Assembly (NCBI GenBank): GCA_048213135.1
Contig: PS015022.1
Location: 395,004-459,003 of the forward strand
Source of the DNA: Reclinomonas americana ATCC 50394
Taxonomy: Eukaryota
DNA: 64,000 nucleotides
Direction: 5' to 3'
The translations under genes and the position numbers were made by a program. Of the stretch, positions 35,174 to 46,719 are shown one piece after another. How positions within the stretch are numbered: the first letter of the stretch is position 1; every line of letters begins with the position of its first letter. The notes below the pieces were generated by a model that saw nothing but the letters and a program-made list of their open reading frames with translations, did no database searches and was not told where the DNA came from.

Positions 35174-35721
35174 GCTGTGCTTAGTGAGTTGTTTGTGTTG
35201 TTGTTTGTGTAGAGGTGCATCATGTGCAGGGACATCGAATCTCTTTTGGCGGCAAGCATCTGGAGCCGAGTGAGCATCTGAGTGTGGTGGGTATTGTGGA
35301 TGGGTCGACGGTGACGTTGGAGGGGATGCATGCGAGACCGCCTTCGCATTTTACGAGGTGCGGGGGAGGGGAGATGAGGGGAGATGAAGGGAGAGGGAGA
35401 TTGAGGGGAGAAGAGAAGGGAGGAAGGNNNNNNNNNNNNNNNNNNNNNNNNNNNNNNNNNNNNNNNNNNNNNNNNNNNNNNNNNNNNNNNNNNNNNNNNN
35501 NNNNNNNNNNNNNNNNNNNNNNNNNNNNNNNNNNNNNNNNNNNNNNNNNNNNNNNNNNNNNNNNNNNNNNNNNNNNNNNNNNNNNNNNNNNNNNNNNNNN
35601 NNNNNNNNNNNNNNNNNNNNNNNNNNNNNNNNNNNNGGAGGAGACGGCAGGAAGATACGCACGGACACAGCAGAGACAGAAGCGCGTTGAGTGAACTGCA
35701 GAAAAGATACAGCTTTGAAGG

Positions 35722-35782
<61 letters not shown>

Positions 35783-36645
35783 GAGACGCCAAGAAGATAT
35801 GCACGGAGACAGAGGGAATGGTCCAGGAAGAAGGGAGGATTTGCAGAAAGAGACAACTGGGAGGGCTGTGTGTGTGCGTGCGTGTGTGCGTATGTGTGTG
35901 AGAGAGAGACTCAGGGGAAAGAGTTTACACGAGCACGGGCACACAAACAGATAGACGAAAGAGGAGGGAGAAGAGTGGACTTGCAGAAAAGTGACAACTC
36001 TGAAAACAAAGAGGGAGAGAGGAGGTGCGTGAGTCCTGCGGTGCACAGACAGAGAATAGCGTCTCTGGTGATTGCACAGCTGACCAGTCACTGCCTGTTA
36101 TCTGTCGCAATCTTCTCTTCTCAGTTTCACTTTATTATTTCACATCTCTGCTGTCTGTTTTTCTCGCTCTCACTCTCTTTCTCTCATGTCACTGTTCCTG
36201 TGCCCTCGTTGTCAGTGGAAAGTCTGCTCCATCGAATATTTCGTGTGGACCCGTGAGACCCCCCAGTTGTCCCCCGAGGCCCTTGATCGCTCCTCAGCGC
36301 ATTCTATCTCATCCCCAGAGCACCCTTTCTGCCTCACTTCCAGAGCACTTTCTCCCTCACTTCCAGATCACCATTCTCTCTCACCCACCATTCTGCCTTT
36401 CCTCCAGAGCACTCTCTGCCCCACTGCCAGACCATCATTCTCTCTCACCGCCAGAGTAACAGTCTGTCTTTCCCTCAGAGCACCTTTCTGCCTCACCTCC
36501 AGGGCACCCTCATGTCTCGTCACCCTTCTCCCTCTCCCTCACCCTGAACTCCCTTCTCCCGGTGCATCGGTCTCACTTTCCCCCCACTCTCTCTTGCAGC
36601 ACCGACCTGCCGCTGGAGGCCACGTGGCTCCCGAACGCCGAATGA
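34764..36645 (+). CDS. Protein with an N-terminal ubiquitin-like domain
   Basis: Spliced MAIRVQIVTTWDETLVCEVE-AHGRVSDIEAWLR-EVHHVQGHRISFGGKHLEPSEHLSVVGIVDGSTVTL fits the beta-grasp pattern. Downstream exons are uncertain because of an N gap. Confidence 0.6.
36260..36560. repeat. Degenerate intronic minisatellite (CCAGAGCAC...TTCTGCC units)
   Basis: Repeated CCAGAGCAC / CCAGA(T)C(A)C...ATTCTCTCTCACC units. Confidence 0.65.
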
Positions 36646-36759
36646 GCATCCACTCAGGAGAGAGTGCATGTGTGCGTGCAGTGGACACGGCGCTCTATTT
36701 TTGTTTGTGATGGAGAGAGAGAGAGAGAAGAATGTATAGGGTGTGCGTTGCGTTGATGA

Positions 36760-38158
36760 TTAATTTACAGCGGCGGCACGGAGTGCTAGCAGTCGCGCGT
36801 CTTCGGCGAGGAAGCAGCGTAGAGTTAATTGCGGCAGTGGCTCGCCATGATCGTCGCCATCCTCCTCTTCTTCGTCTTCGCCCTGCAGCTCCTGGCGCAT
36901 CTCGTGCAGTGCGTCAATGGCCACCATCAGAGCGCGCCACTCCCACGCCGCGCAGCTGGCCGTGTTCCACTCGGCCGGCCAGATGCGCACGGAGCCGTCC
37001 TCGCAGCCACTGACCACGCGTCCGTCGAGCAGAAAGGCCACCGAACGCACCTCGTCGTCGTGGCCCTGCAGAACCGCGAGGCATTCGCCCGTGGACACGC
37101 GCCACACTCGAACCGTGTGATCTGCACGACCCACGATCAACAAACAAACAAAAACTCTCCTCCCTTTCCCTATCCCACAACAACAAACCTCGCGACCCAC
37201 TGGCCAGGAACTGGCCGTCGGGCGAAAAGGCCACGCTCGTGACCCAATTGGTGTGCCCGGAGAACCAGCGACGCGACTCACCCGTGGCCAGATCCCACAG
37301 CCGCAAGCGATTATCGTGCAGCGCGCTGACCACTGAGGCGCCATCGGGCGACAACGCCATGGTGTCCATGATCTCCTCCAGATGCTGCAGCACGCTCTCG
37401 CCCGTCTCCACCTCCCACTTGTGAAAGACGCAGGTGACAGCCGCCCAGCCCGCCGACAGAATAACAGGCTCGTCGGCCGAGGCCACAGCCAGGCCGACCA
37501 GGATGTTACCGGCGACATCATGCGGGTCGAGGACGCGCACCACCGATCCATCGCCAGCGTGCAACACATAGATGGCACCGTCGATCGTGCCCGCAAACAC
37601 CTGCTCTCCGTCGCTAGAGACCGCCACGGAGTGGATCGCTGCATCGCCGCCACACCGCCCACCATGCCCTCGCTCGCGCGGCCACACTCTCCGCGCACTC
37701 GCTCCTCCACTACGATGGGGCACAACAAAGAGCGGCGAGAGATCCCACATGAACACTCCATCGTCGTCGCTGGAGACAAGTCGCATGCCATCGACGGGCG
37801 AGAAGACCACCGAGTTGACAGGGCGATCGCACTCAATGGAGGCCACCAGCATGGCGGTCTCAGAGTCAAACACGCGAACGCGGCAGTCGGAGCAGGCGGT
37901 GGCGAGGAGTTGTCGCGCGGGAGGCATCAAGGCCCACTGAGAGCGGGACGAGTGGCCAGTGGAAGGCCACGTCACGGGCGGCGACACGGCCACGCTGGTG
38001 ACGTGGCGAGGGTGGGTGGGAACGTGTGGCATGCCGGTCCAGCGCAGTCCCGGCGCCTTCTCGAACAGCGACTCGGAGTCCGAGAAGGAGGAGGGGCGCG
38101 CATTGTCGCGATTGTCGTCGCCTGCGATGCTTGTGTCGCGGGTTGTGCAGGCGCCCAT
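36760..38158 (-). CDS. WD40-repeat protein with N-terminal MGAC acylation motif
   Basis: GHTNWVTSVAFSPDGQFLASGS and GHDDEVRSVAFLLDGRVVSGCEDGSVRIW; a single intron near 37125-37188. Confidence 0.85.
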
Positions 38159-38439
38159 CTTCTTGCTGGAGAAGGAAGGGGGAGAAGGGGGGAGTGCGCT
38201 CGCTCTCTCAATCTGATGTAAAAGAGCACAAACCGACCGGCAATGATATTTTCGTCGACACGTGTGTTGGATAATACACAGAGACAGAAAAAAAAAGTCG
38301 CGTGCTTCTCCGTCTGCTGCAGTGCGCAATCGTTTTTTTGGCTATTCTTGCACCCGTGCGTACACTTGGTCATTGTGTGTGTAAACAAAAACGGGGGGGG
38401 ACAGGGTGCGTCTGTGGGCTAGTGGGATTCTAGGCTTCG

Positions 38440-40524
38440 TTACTGAGCGCGGCAAGGAATGCCGCCACCGCCACCGCCACCCCGCTCGTCACCGTCGTCG
38501 TCATCGCTATCGTAGGCCGCACGGTAGCTGGCGGCCGATGGACCTTGTACGTAGGCTGTGCGACAATCAGCAACACAGGCGATGGAGGGGAAGAGTGGGA
38601 AGGAGATACGATCGCGACGAACCCGACAACAGCACCTCGTCCACGTCCATGGCGGCCGACTCCACCGCCTCCGCCTCACCCTCGGCGGTGGCCTCTGCAG
38701 CGGCAGCGGCAGCAGCTGCCGCACCCTTGTTCTTCTTATTCTTCCGGTTTCCGGAGGCACCAGCTGCAGCAGCTGCGGCTGCTGCTGCGGAGGCGCCTGC
38801 GGGTGCTGGCGACGGTGGTGCTGGCGGTGCGTGCGCCGCCAGTGGTCGCGGTGGGAGCACGCGCTCGAGCTGCAGACGCACCTCAGTCGTCATGTCCTCG
38901 GCCGTCGGCCACTCAATGTTGAACTGTGCGCACGCAATGCATGTTAGACAAGAGCGATGCCTCGCGACAACTTTTCTTCCGCACCTCAATGTGCAGATTG
39001 CCCTTCAACGTGCCGCCGGTGTTTGGCAGCGGCATTCCGTGACCAACCACGGTTCGGCGACATCCTTGTGTCAGCAGTTCACCCGGGGCGGTCGAGAGGC
39101 GCAGATTGCGCCCATCAATGTGCTGCATGACAAACACGGTGCCGCACAGCGCCTCCACCAGTCGCACAGTTCGCTTCACATGCAAATCGTTTTCTCGTCG
39201 CTCAAACACCGGATCGCTCTCCAGCTGCAACACCACCACCACGTCGCCCGACTCGGCATTCGGCTGCCCAAGCGATAACAATCAGCAAAGGGACGACAAC
39301 GGGTGCGATATGAACGGGACGACGAACCGCCATGTCGCTCTCGCCCGTCAGCTTGATTTGCGTCTCGTGCTTCATGCCCTGCGCGCACGGTTAGGTCGGA
39401 GCCGTGAAGCACAAACAGCAGCAGGGGAGAGCCATACCGGCTCCACATGCACTTCCAGCGTCTTGACCTCGCGCGCCACCCGCGTTCCCGCACACGACGA
39501 GCACGCATGCGCCGGATCAATCACCACACCACGCCCACGGCACATCTGACACGCAATGCGCATCTGCTGAATGAAGAACGCCTGTTGCACCAGCGCTACA
39601 CACGCCGAGTGCGTCAGACAACTGATCATCATCATCATGCACGGAGGAAACCAGAGAAAAGAGGCACACCAATTCGGAATCCAGCTCCGCGACACACCGA
39701 GCACTTGCGCACGGCATCGGGCGAGTCGGCGCCAACTCCGCTGCACGTGGCACAGAAGCACTGCCGACTCAAGCTCACCGTCCTTCGTGTTGTGTAAGCA
39801 ACAACAACTGGACGACTGACAACAAAAAAACCAACTCACTTGGTCGCTCCCTTGTACAAGTCGGCCAGTGTGACACGCAGTGGCACAGCACGATCCTCAG
39901 TGCGTCGCTTCGGCATCGACGAGCTCACACGTTTGCCTACATGGTAAAAGTCAGTCACAAAAGTGTGTGCAGTTGCTGTTTGCATGTGCGCGAACCCGCA
40001 AGTTTCGCGTCGTATTGCTGCACATAAGAGAGAGAGATGGCAGTGGTGGGTTGTCACAATGAGAGACAGAGAGAAAGTGTGTGTGTTTTTGTGTTAGTGA
40101 TGTGCATGGTCACAAAACTCACCGCGCGCAAGTCGGCATTTATCAGCGTCTCCTTTGCTGTGGTCATCTTCTTGAAGCGCTCCTCGGCTGCTGCGCGCTC
40201 GTCCTCCGGCAAGTGGCCTGTCCGATCGGGATGACAGTCCTTGGACACTACGCGGTAGTTGCGCTCAATCTCCTTGGTGGTCGCCGTCGGTGACACCTGC
40301 AGCAGCTCATAGTATGTCTCCTCCTTTTCCTCGCCTTCCTTGGCCTCTCCCTCCTCGTCGTCGTCATCACCACGAGAGCCACTGGGATGATTGTGATGGT
40401 GGTGATGGTGATGGTGGTGGTGGTGGTGGAAGTGGTCCTCCTCGTCCTCCTCCTCCTCGTCGTCGTCGTGACCGGGGCGTCCGCCACCGAGAAGATCTTC
40501 AAAGGAAAAGAACCCGCGCGACAT
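38440..40524 (-). CDS. Divergent class A DnaJ/Hsp40 with an acidic/His-rich N-terminal extension
   Basis: J domain YYELLQVS...CHPDR; four CxxCxG repeats (CATCSG, CSVCRG, CQMCRG, CSSCAG); CTDs GDVVVVL, FERRENDL, GHGMP..GNLHI; ends in CaaX CRAQ. Confidence 0.9.
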
Positions 40525-40613
40525 TATGCAAGAAAAACCTTGAAATAGCACAGGACGCGGCAGGACACGGCGGACAATACCCAATCACAGTCACGCACGA
40601 ACGGAGAGCGAGC

Positions 40614-41339
40614 ATGAGCCGCGGTGGAAGCAGCAGCGAGGAGAAGGACTTGTACGAGATCCTTGGAGTTGCGCGCTGTTTTTTTGTGTTGAGCGTCGTC
40701 GACCATTAAAAAATTGCTGACTTGTGTGTGTGTTGACAGGTGGCCAAGGATGCCACCGATAAGGAGATCACCAAGGCGTATCGCAAGTTGGCGTTGCAGG
40801 TGCGTTGCTGCTCGTGTCTGTGTGAGAAAGAGCGCGTGTGAGTGTGTCGTCATCGACATGCTCTCTCTCTCGCGCGCGCGCTCTTTGTGTACACGTGCTG
40901 ACTGAGCATTGTGTGGTGATGCAGTACCATCCTGATCGCAACCCGAGTCCCGAGGCGCAGGAAAAGGTGTGTGTTTTTGTCGCTCTTCACACCCACGAAA
41001 GGGCAGTTTGATGTTGTCCTCAACACACTCTCACACACACTCTTTCTTTGTGTGCGCCACAGTTCAAGGAGATCCAGGGCGCCTATGAGATCCTGAACGA
41101 CTCTGACAAGCGACAGGTGAGGCAGACGGGTTGGGCATTTGCGTCATCGTCGACCTGTCAAGCTCTCTCTCTTGTCGTCCGCTGCACTACTTTTGGTGCT
41201 TCCATATGTTGTTGTTGTTGTTGTCTGGGCGAGTGTGGAGAGTCACTGTGCAAGGTGGTGTCGAGTGTCAGAGACTGATTGATGACGCCATCGAAGTGAC
41301 TGACGTGGCGAGTTCGATGAGGGAACAAGCTCACACACA

Positions 41340-41383
<44 letters not shown>

Positions 41384-42825
41384 GCAGCACACAAAGTAGT
41401 GAGAAGCAAGAGAGCGATCAACAGCATGTGGTATTGATCTGTTATCGCGTGTCACGTGTTGTGCAGACGTATGACAAGTATGGTCTGGAGGGTCTGCGTG
41501 GCGGTGGCATGGGAGGTGGTGGTGGTGATATTTTCGACATGCTGTTCCGCGGTGGTCGTCCCGATGGTCCCAGCCGGCCGAAGCGCACCGAGGATTTCGT
41601 GTTCTCACTCAAGTGCACGTTGGAGGATATGTACATTGGTAAGAGAGCACGTTGTCGGATCACAGGTCGGCTGCCTAGTGCTCACGCAGTTTCTGTTTCA
41701 TCTTGGTGGGCAGGCTCACGCAAGCGCATTGCCGTCAATCGCAACCGTGTGTGTGTCACGTGCCAAGGGTGCGTTTCTTGACAGTGTGAGGATGATATGG
41801 GGCAGCAAGCAAGACTGACGTTCACTGTTCGTGCAGCTCGGGCGCCAAGTCCAAGGATGCTGTGAAGCGCTGCAGTGCTTGCAACGGCAAGGGCATCCGA
41901 GTCAGTTGCGTCGCGCGCCCCTCGACCAGCCCACCACTACCTCTCTTCCATGTCTTACATGCACACGCGTACACACACGCAGTCATTCAGCGCATGGGTC
42001 CGCTGGTGCAGCAGTTCCAGACGCGCTGCGACGAATGCCAAGCCAAGGGCTTCACCATTTCTGCGGATCAAGTGTGCGAGAGCTGCAACGGTGCACGAAC
42101 GGTGCCGGAGCGCAAGCTGCTGGAGGTGTTTGTGGAGAAGGTCTGTTGCTCTATTCTCTCGCTCACCCTTGTGCCTTCATCTGAACTCGTTGTTCGTCGC
42201 TTCACAGGGTATGCGCCACGGACAAAAGATCAAGTTTGCAGGCGAGGCCGATCAGATGCCAGAGCACGAGGCTGGTGATGTAGTGGTGGTGTTGGAGCAG
42301 AAGCCGCATGATCTGTTTGAGCGCAAGGAGAACGATCTGGCCATGCTCAAGACCATCAAGCTGGTGGAGGCATTGTGCGGCTTTGAGTTTGTGTTTGAGC
42401 ACTTGGACGGACGCAAGGTGCTGGTCAAGTCGCAAGGTGATGTGGTCAAGGACGGCGATCTGCGCACCATTGTGGGTGGCGGCATGCCATTCCAGCACAA
42501 CGTCATTCAAAAAGGCAACCTGCACATCAAGTTCGCCATTGAGATGCCGACGGCCGCCGACATCACACCGCAGGTGGCTGCGCAGCTCGAAAGGTTGCTG
42601 CCGGCACGACCAGAGCGACCAATGGCCACTGAGGATATGGATGAGGAGGAGCTGCGACGTTGCGGACTTTTATTCTCAAGTTTTCTCTTTTTTGCGAAAT
42701 CGCCACTCACACTCTCAATCACAGCATTCACCCAAGGCGCCAAGTCTTCAGCACATCGCGAGGCATATGACAGCGACGACGACGAGGGTCCGCGCGGCCA
42801 GCGTGTCGGATGCGAGACGCACTAA
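40614..42825 (+). CDS. DNAJA: Class A DnaJ/Hsp40 (DNAJA/Ydj1-like)
   Basis: DLYEILGV...YHPDRN...FKEIQGAYEILND; G/F region GGGGDIFDMLF; four zinc-finger CxxC repeats; CTDs; ends AYDSDDDEGPRGQRVGCETH. Confidence 0.95.
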
Positions 42826-43148
42826 ACAGGCCGCCCCGGCCGGCCGTTCGTCCGCACCGAGAGCCTGCGTGACGCTCGTTTCTTATTCCTTTCCGTTTAC
42901 AGTTAGACCACCCGGCCGTCGTGGCTGTTGGCGTGCCTAGTTCTTTTCCCCATTTCCTCCCTTTCCGTTGTCTCTATGTGTGTGTGTGTGTGTGCGTGGT
43001 GTTTTTTGGCTTGCAAGAAAAAATTACAACAAGAGTATTTGTGTTAACAGCGTTTACACTCTTTTTTCTGCACAAGGTGTCAAATCAATCATTTCAACCA
43101 AACTACAGCACACACACACAAAACACAAACAGAAGAGCAATACAAGCA

Positions 43149-44804
43149 TCACACGCGATCCTGTCGCGTGCGACCAGCACGACCGCCCGCAGGGGTCAGT
43201 GTGCGGCGACTCGCGTCGAGGACCAGCGTGTCCACCATTTTCAAGAACAGCTCCTTGGCCGCCGTGGATTCTTGCTGGAGCAGGGTGGGGACGGAAAACT
43301 CTAGCTGACAGTGCAGCCAGGGACTCACAACAATCACAGCAGTTGATGCCATCATGCTGTGCTCAAACTAGAGAGAGAGAAGGCGGAGAGTGAGTTGGGC
43401 GAAGAAGACGAAGAATGCACATAAACACGGATCATGATCGCGCACCGAATTCACGTAGAGTGCCGACACGTCACACTGCGGCAGCTTCTTGATGCTGAAC
43501 GACGACGGATCCCATTCGCAGCCGAGATGGCTGGTCAGACGTCGTCGCTCCTCCTCCAGTGTAGCCGCCTGGGTGGACTTGCGGTTCTCGAACACGACAC
43601 GGATCTGTCGGGAGCACGTGAGCACACACACACACACACACACATCTCTCGCGCAGCACTGTGGGAGTACACAAACCCGCGGATTGAAGAACGAGTCGTC
43701 CTCCTCATCGTCATCACCACCATCGTCGGTACCGGTACCGGGCGTCGGGTCCACACAATCAAAGCTGACAATGTAGGCCACGTCGGGGATCTTCTTGCTC
43801 GAGTACGTCCACTGCTGCGGTGCGGAGAATGTCACGCCAAGCTCCGGGTCACTGAACGAGTGCCACAGGACGTCCGATGATGCCGGTTCTGGGAGAGGGA
43901 GAAGAATAGGGGAAGGGAGGGAGGGAAGGGGGGAGGGAGGGAGAGGGAAAGGGAGAGGGAGGGAGGGGGAAAAGGGAGAGAGAGGAGAGAGAGAGAGGGA
44001 GAGAGAGGGAGAGACAGAGAGAGACAGAGAGAGAGGGAGACAGAGAGAGAGGGAAAGGGAGACAGGAAGGAGCGAGGAGAACGAGAGGGAGAAGGCGAAA
44101 CAGGGAGGGAGAGGGAGAGACAGAGAGGGAGAAAGAGAGAAGGCGAGGGAGAGGGAGGAAGGAGGGAAACAGGGAAATAGGGAGAGGAGAACGCGAGGGG
44201 GATGGTAACGACACGAAGACGGACACAGAAGACGGAGAGCGAGAGACAGGAAGGAGCGAGGGAGGGAAGAGAGAGAATCAGAGAAGGAGGGAGAGGGGGA
44301 GGGAGGGAAAGAGAGAGTGAGTCATCGCGCACTAATCATGGCAATACACACACGCACGCACGCACCATTGTCACCCGATACCACCCCCTGCGTGGTGTGG
44401 AAAGTGTCGTCGGGTTCGCCAGCCAGCATTTCTTCGTCAGTCTCGTCGAGTGTGGAAAACGATCGGCGCAGTGGCGGCTGTGGCGCCGACGCCAGCTGCT
44501 GCTGCTCCGCCATCCAGTCCGCCAGACGCGTTCGATGGGCGCACATGCAGAACTCACGACCCTCACGGGCCATGGCTGTGAGCTCGCCATTCGCTTCGCA
44601 AACACACAGGGTGAGGTTGGGTCGCCAGGCGGAACACGCTCGTGCTGGCACCGACGCCTTCTGCTGTCGTCGTGGCTGCGGTCGCGGTTGCGCCTGCCTC
44701 TGCGATTGTGCAGCCACGGCGGCCACCACAGTATCCTTGACGGCACGCTGTTGTTGACTGTCGGTCGCAGGCGACACTTCGGTTAATGGTGGCGACGGCG
44801 GCTG

Positions 44805-44835
<31 letters not shown>

Positions 44836-46522
44836 GAAGTCTGATCCTCGGCACCTTCCCTCAAACTGGTGGGTTCGCTGACAGGTTCCTGTGTTGCTGA
44901 AGGCTCGGGAGAGTGGCCGCCGCTAAAGAGACCAATCACCCAGTCCCACGCTGCTCGCAACCATCGGAGCAAGCGGGAAAAGAAGCCCTCTGCTGCCGGA
45001 GACGCCGCCGCCGCCGATGACGACGACGACGACGAAGACGACATCAATTCGCTGTGTGCATCATCTACCGCCTGCCCGACCTGTGGCGACACGAATGTCA
45101 ACACGGGCGACGACGAGCGGCCTCGGGCCGCCGCCACCACAGTTCGACGAGCTCGATCAGAGGCGTCTTCCGCCGCCGCCGCCACTCTCCACTGCACCGA
45201 GGCCGACGACAGCGGTGACGAGGGCGCCGACGATGTCGACGAGCCCGACGATGACGACGACGACGACGAGAACGACGGCTGCGATTGCACCGAGTACGCA
45301 TCGGCAGGCGGCGGCAGCGTCATGGCCGGCACCGCAGGCATCACAGCCGCAGACGACACAGACGACGATCGCTGCGAGGCATGGAGAATGAGCACAGATA
45401 CCAAATCAAAGTCGGCAACTCATCCAAGGCCTCACCGATGACCCTGACGTTTTGTGATGATGATTATGGTGATCATTGTGGTAATTGGTATGGTTATGGT
45501 TGTGACGAGCGCCACTGCCACCTCCACCTCCGCCACCTCCACTCTTCCCAGGACCAGCGGCATTGCTTCCACTTGCACCGCCACCTCCGCCACCTCCGCC
45601 ACCACTCGCACCTCCATGTCGATGATGCCGCGCAGATGCCGGTTTCCCCATGAATACCGCGTGATTGTCGTCTGACAACACATACGACGACTCCTCCTCC
45701 TCCTCCAACTCCAGCGTCGATGTGGACACGGAAGACGCGGAAGACGACAATGGCCGTCGCGGAGACGGAAGCGCCATCAACAGCCGCCCATCATACACAT
45801 CATCAAAGCGCGCAGTCACCGATCGCCAAGCCGCACGCCACCAGCTCTCCGCCTTCAACTGCTTACTCGACGACGCACTCCATCCGCGTCTGGTGTTGTT
45901 GTTGTTGTTGTTGTTAACATGCTGCTGGTCATCGTGACGAGCGAGATAGTGACGCGTGAGCGAGGACGAGGGCACTTCAAAGGCGGAAATGGCGGCCATG
46001 GACGCCGACGGAAGCGAGGCCACGGCCGCCGCCTTGTGCGTGCTGTCGCCGGCCCACTGGAGCACAAGACACGCGCCACTGGCGGCCATCACACACGGAA
46101 CCACAAGCTGTGTGCCCGAGGTGAAGGTGTGTGTGTGTAAGAGCACTTATTTTTGACACTTTTATGTGTAAGTGTATGTGTGCGCGCTCACCGTGGACAG
46201 CGACGAGACCCACTGTTTCGCCTCGACTTTCCCGTGCGTGATGAAGCGTCGCGTGGCGCCCGAGAGCCATGAGCTCACCGGACCGCCACCACCGCGTAAG
46301 AGCAACATGTGTGCGCTCTCTCGCACCTCGACAATGAATGAGAACGAATATTCACCCGACGACAAACATTGACTCACTTTGATGGCTGCGCAGCCGCCGC
46401 CTCCACTAGTGTCGTCATCGGCGTCCTCTGCTGGTATTGTGTGAGTGGGTGTGTGCGTGTGTGCCTCTTTGTCTCTGTGCTGAGTTGCATGCTGTTTCCG
46501 AGATCCATTGGAGGCATTGCTG
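43149..46522 (-). CDS. Uncharacterised protein; C-terminal domain possibly of Mog1/PsbP-like fold
   Basis: Long low-complexity exons (45406-46146 and 44322-45404 ORFs). Terminal exons read WHSFSDPELGVTFSAPQQW...IRVVFE...LEFSVP...KELFLKMVDTLVL. The 5' end is probably the exons at 49680-49910. Confidence 0.5.
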
Positions 46523-46719
46523 CGTGCGCGTGAGGTCAGTGTGTGTGTGAGGGAGAGGGGAGGGAGGGAGGGAAGGAGAGAGAGGAGAGAGGAGAGAGGG
46601 AGAGAGAGAGGGAGGGAAAGAGAGAGAGAGAGAGAGGAGGAGAGAGAGAGGAGGGAAGGAAGAGAGGAGAGGAGGAGGAGGAGTAGTAGTGTGTGTAGTN
46701 NNNNNNNNNNNNNNNNNNN

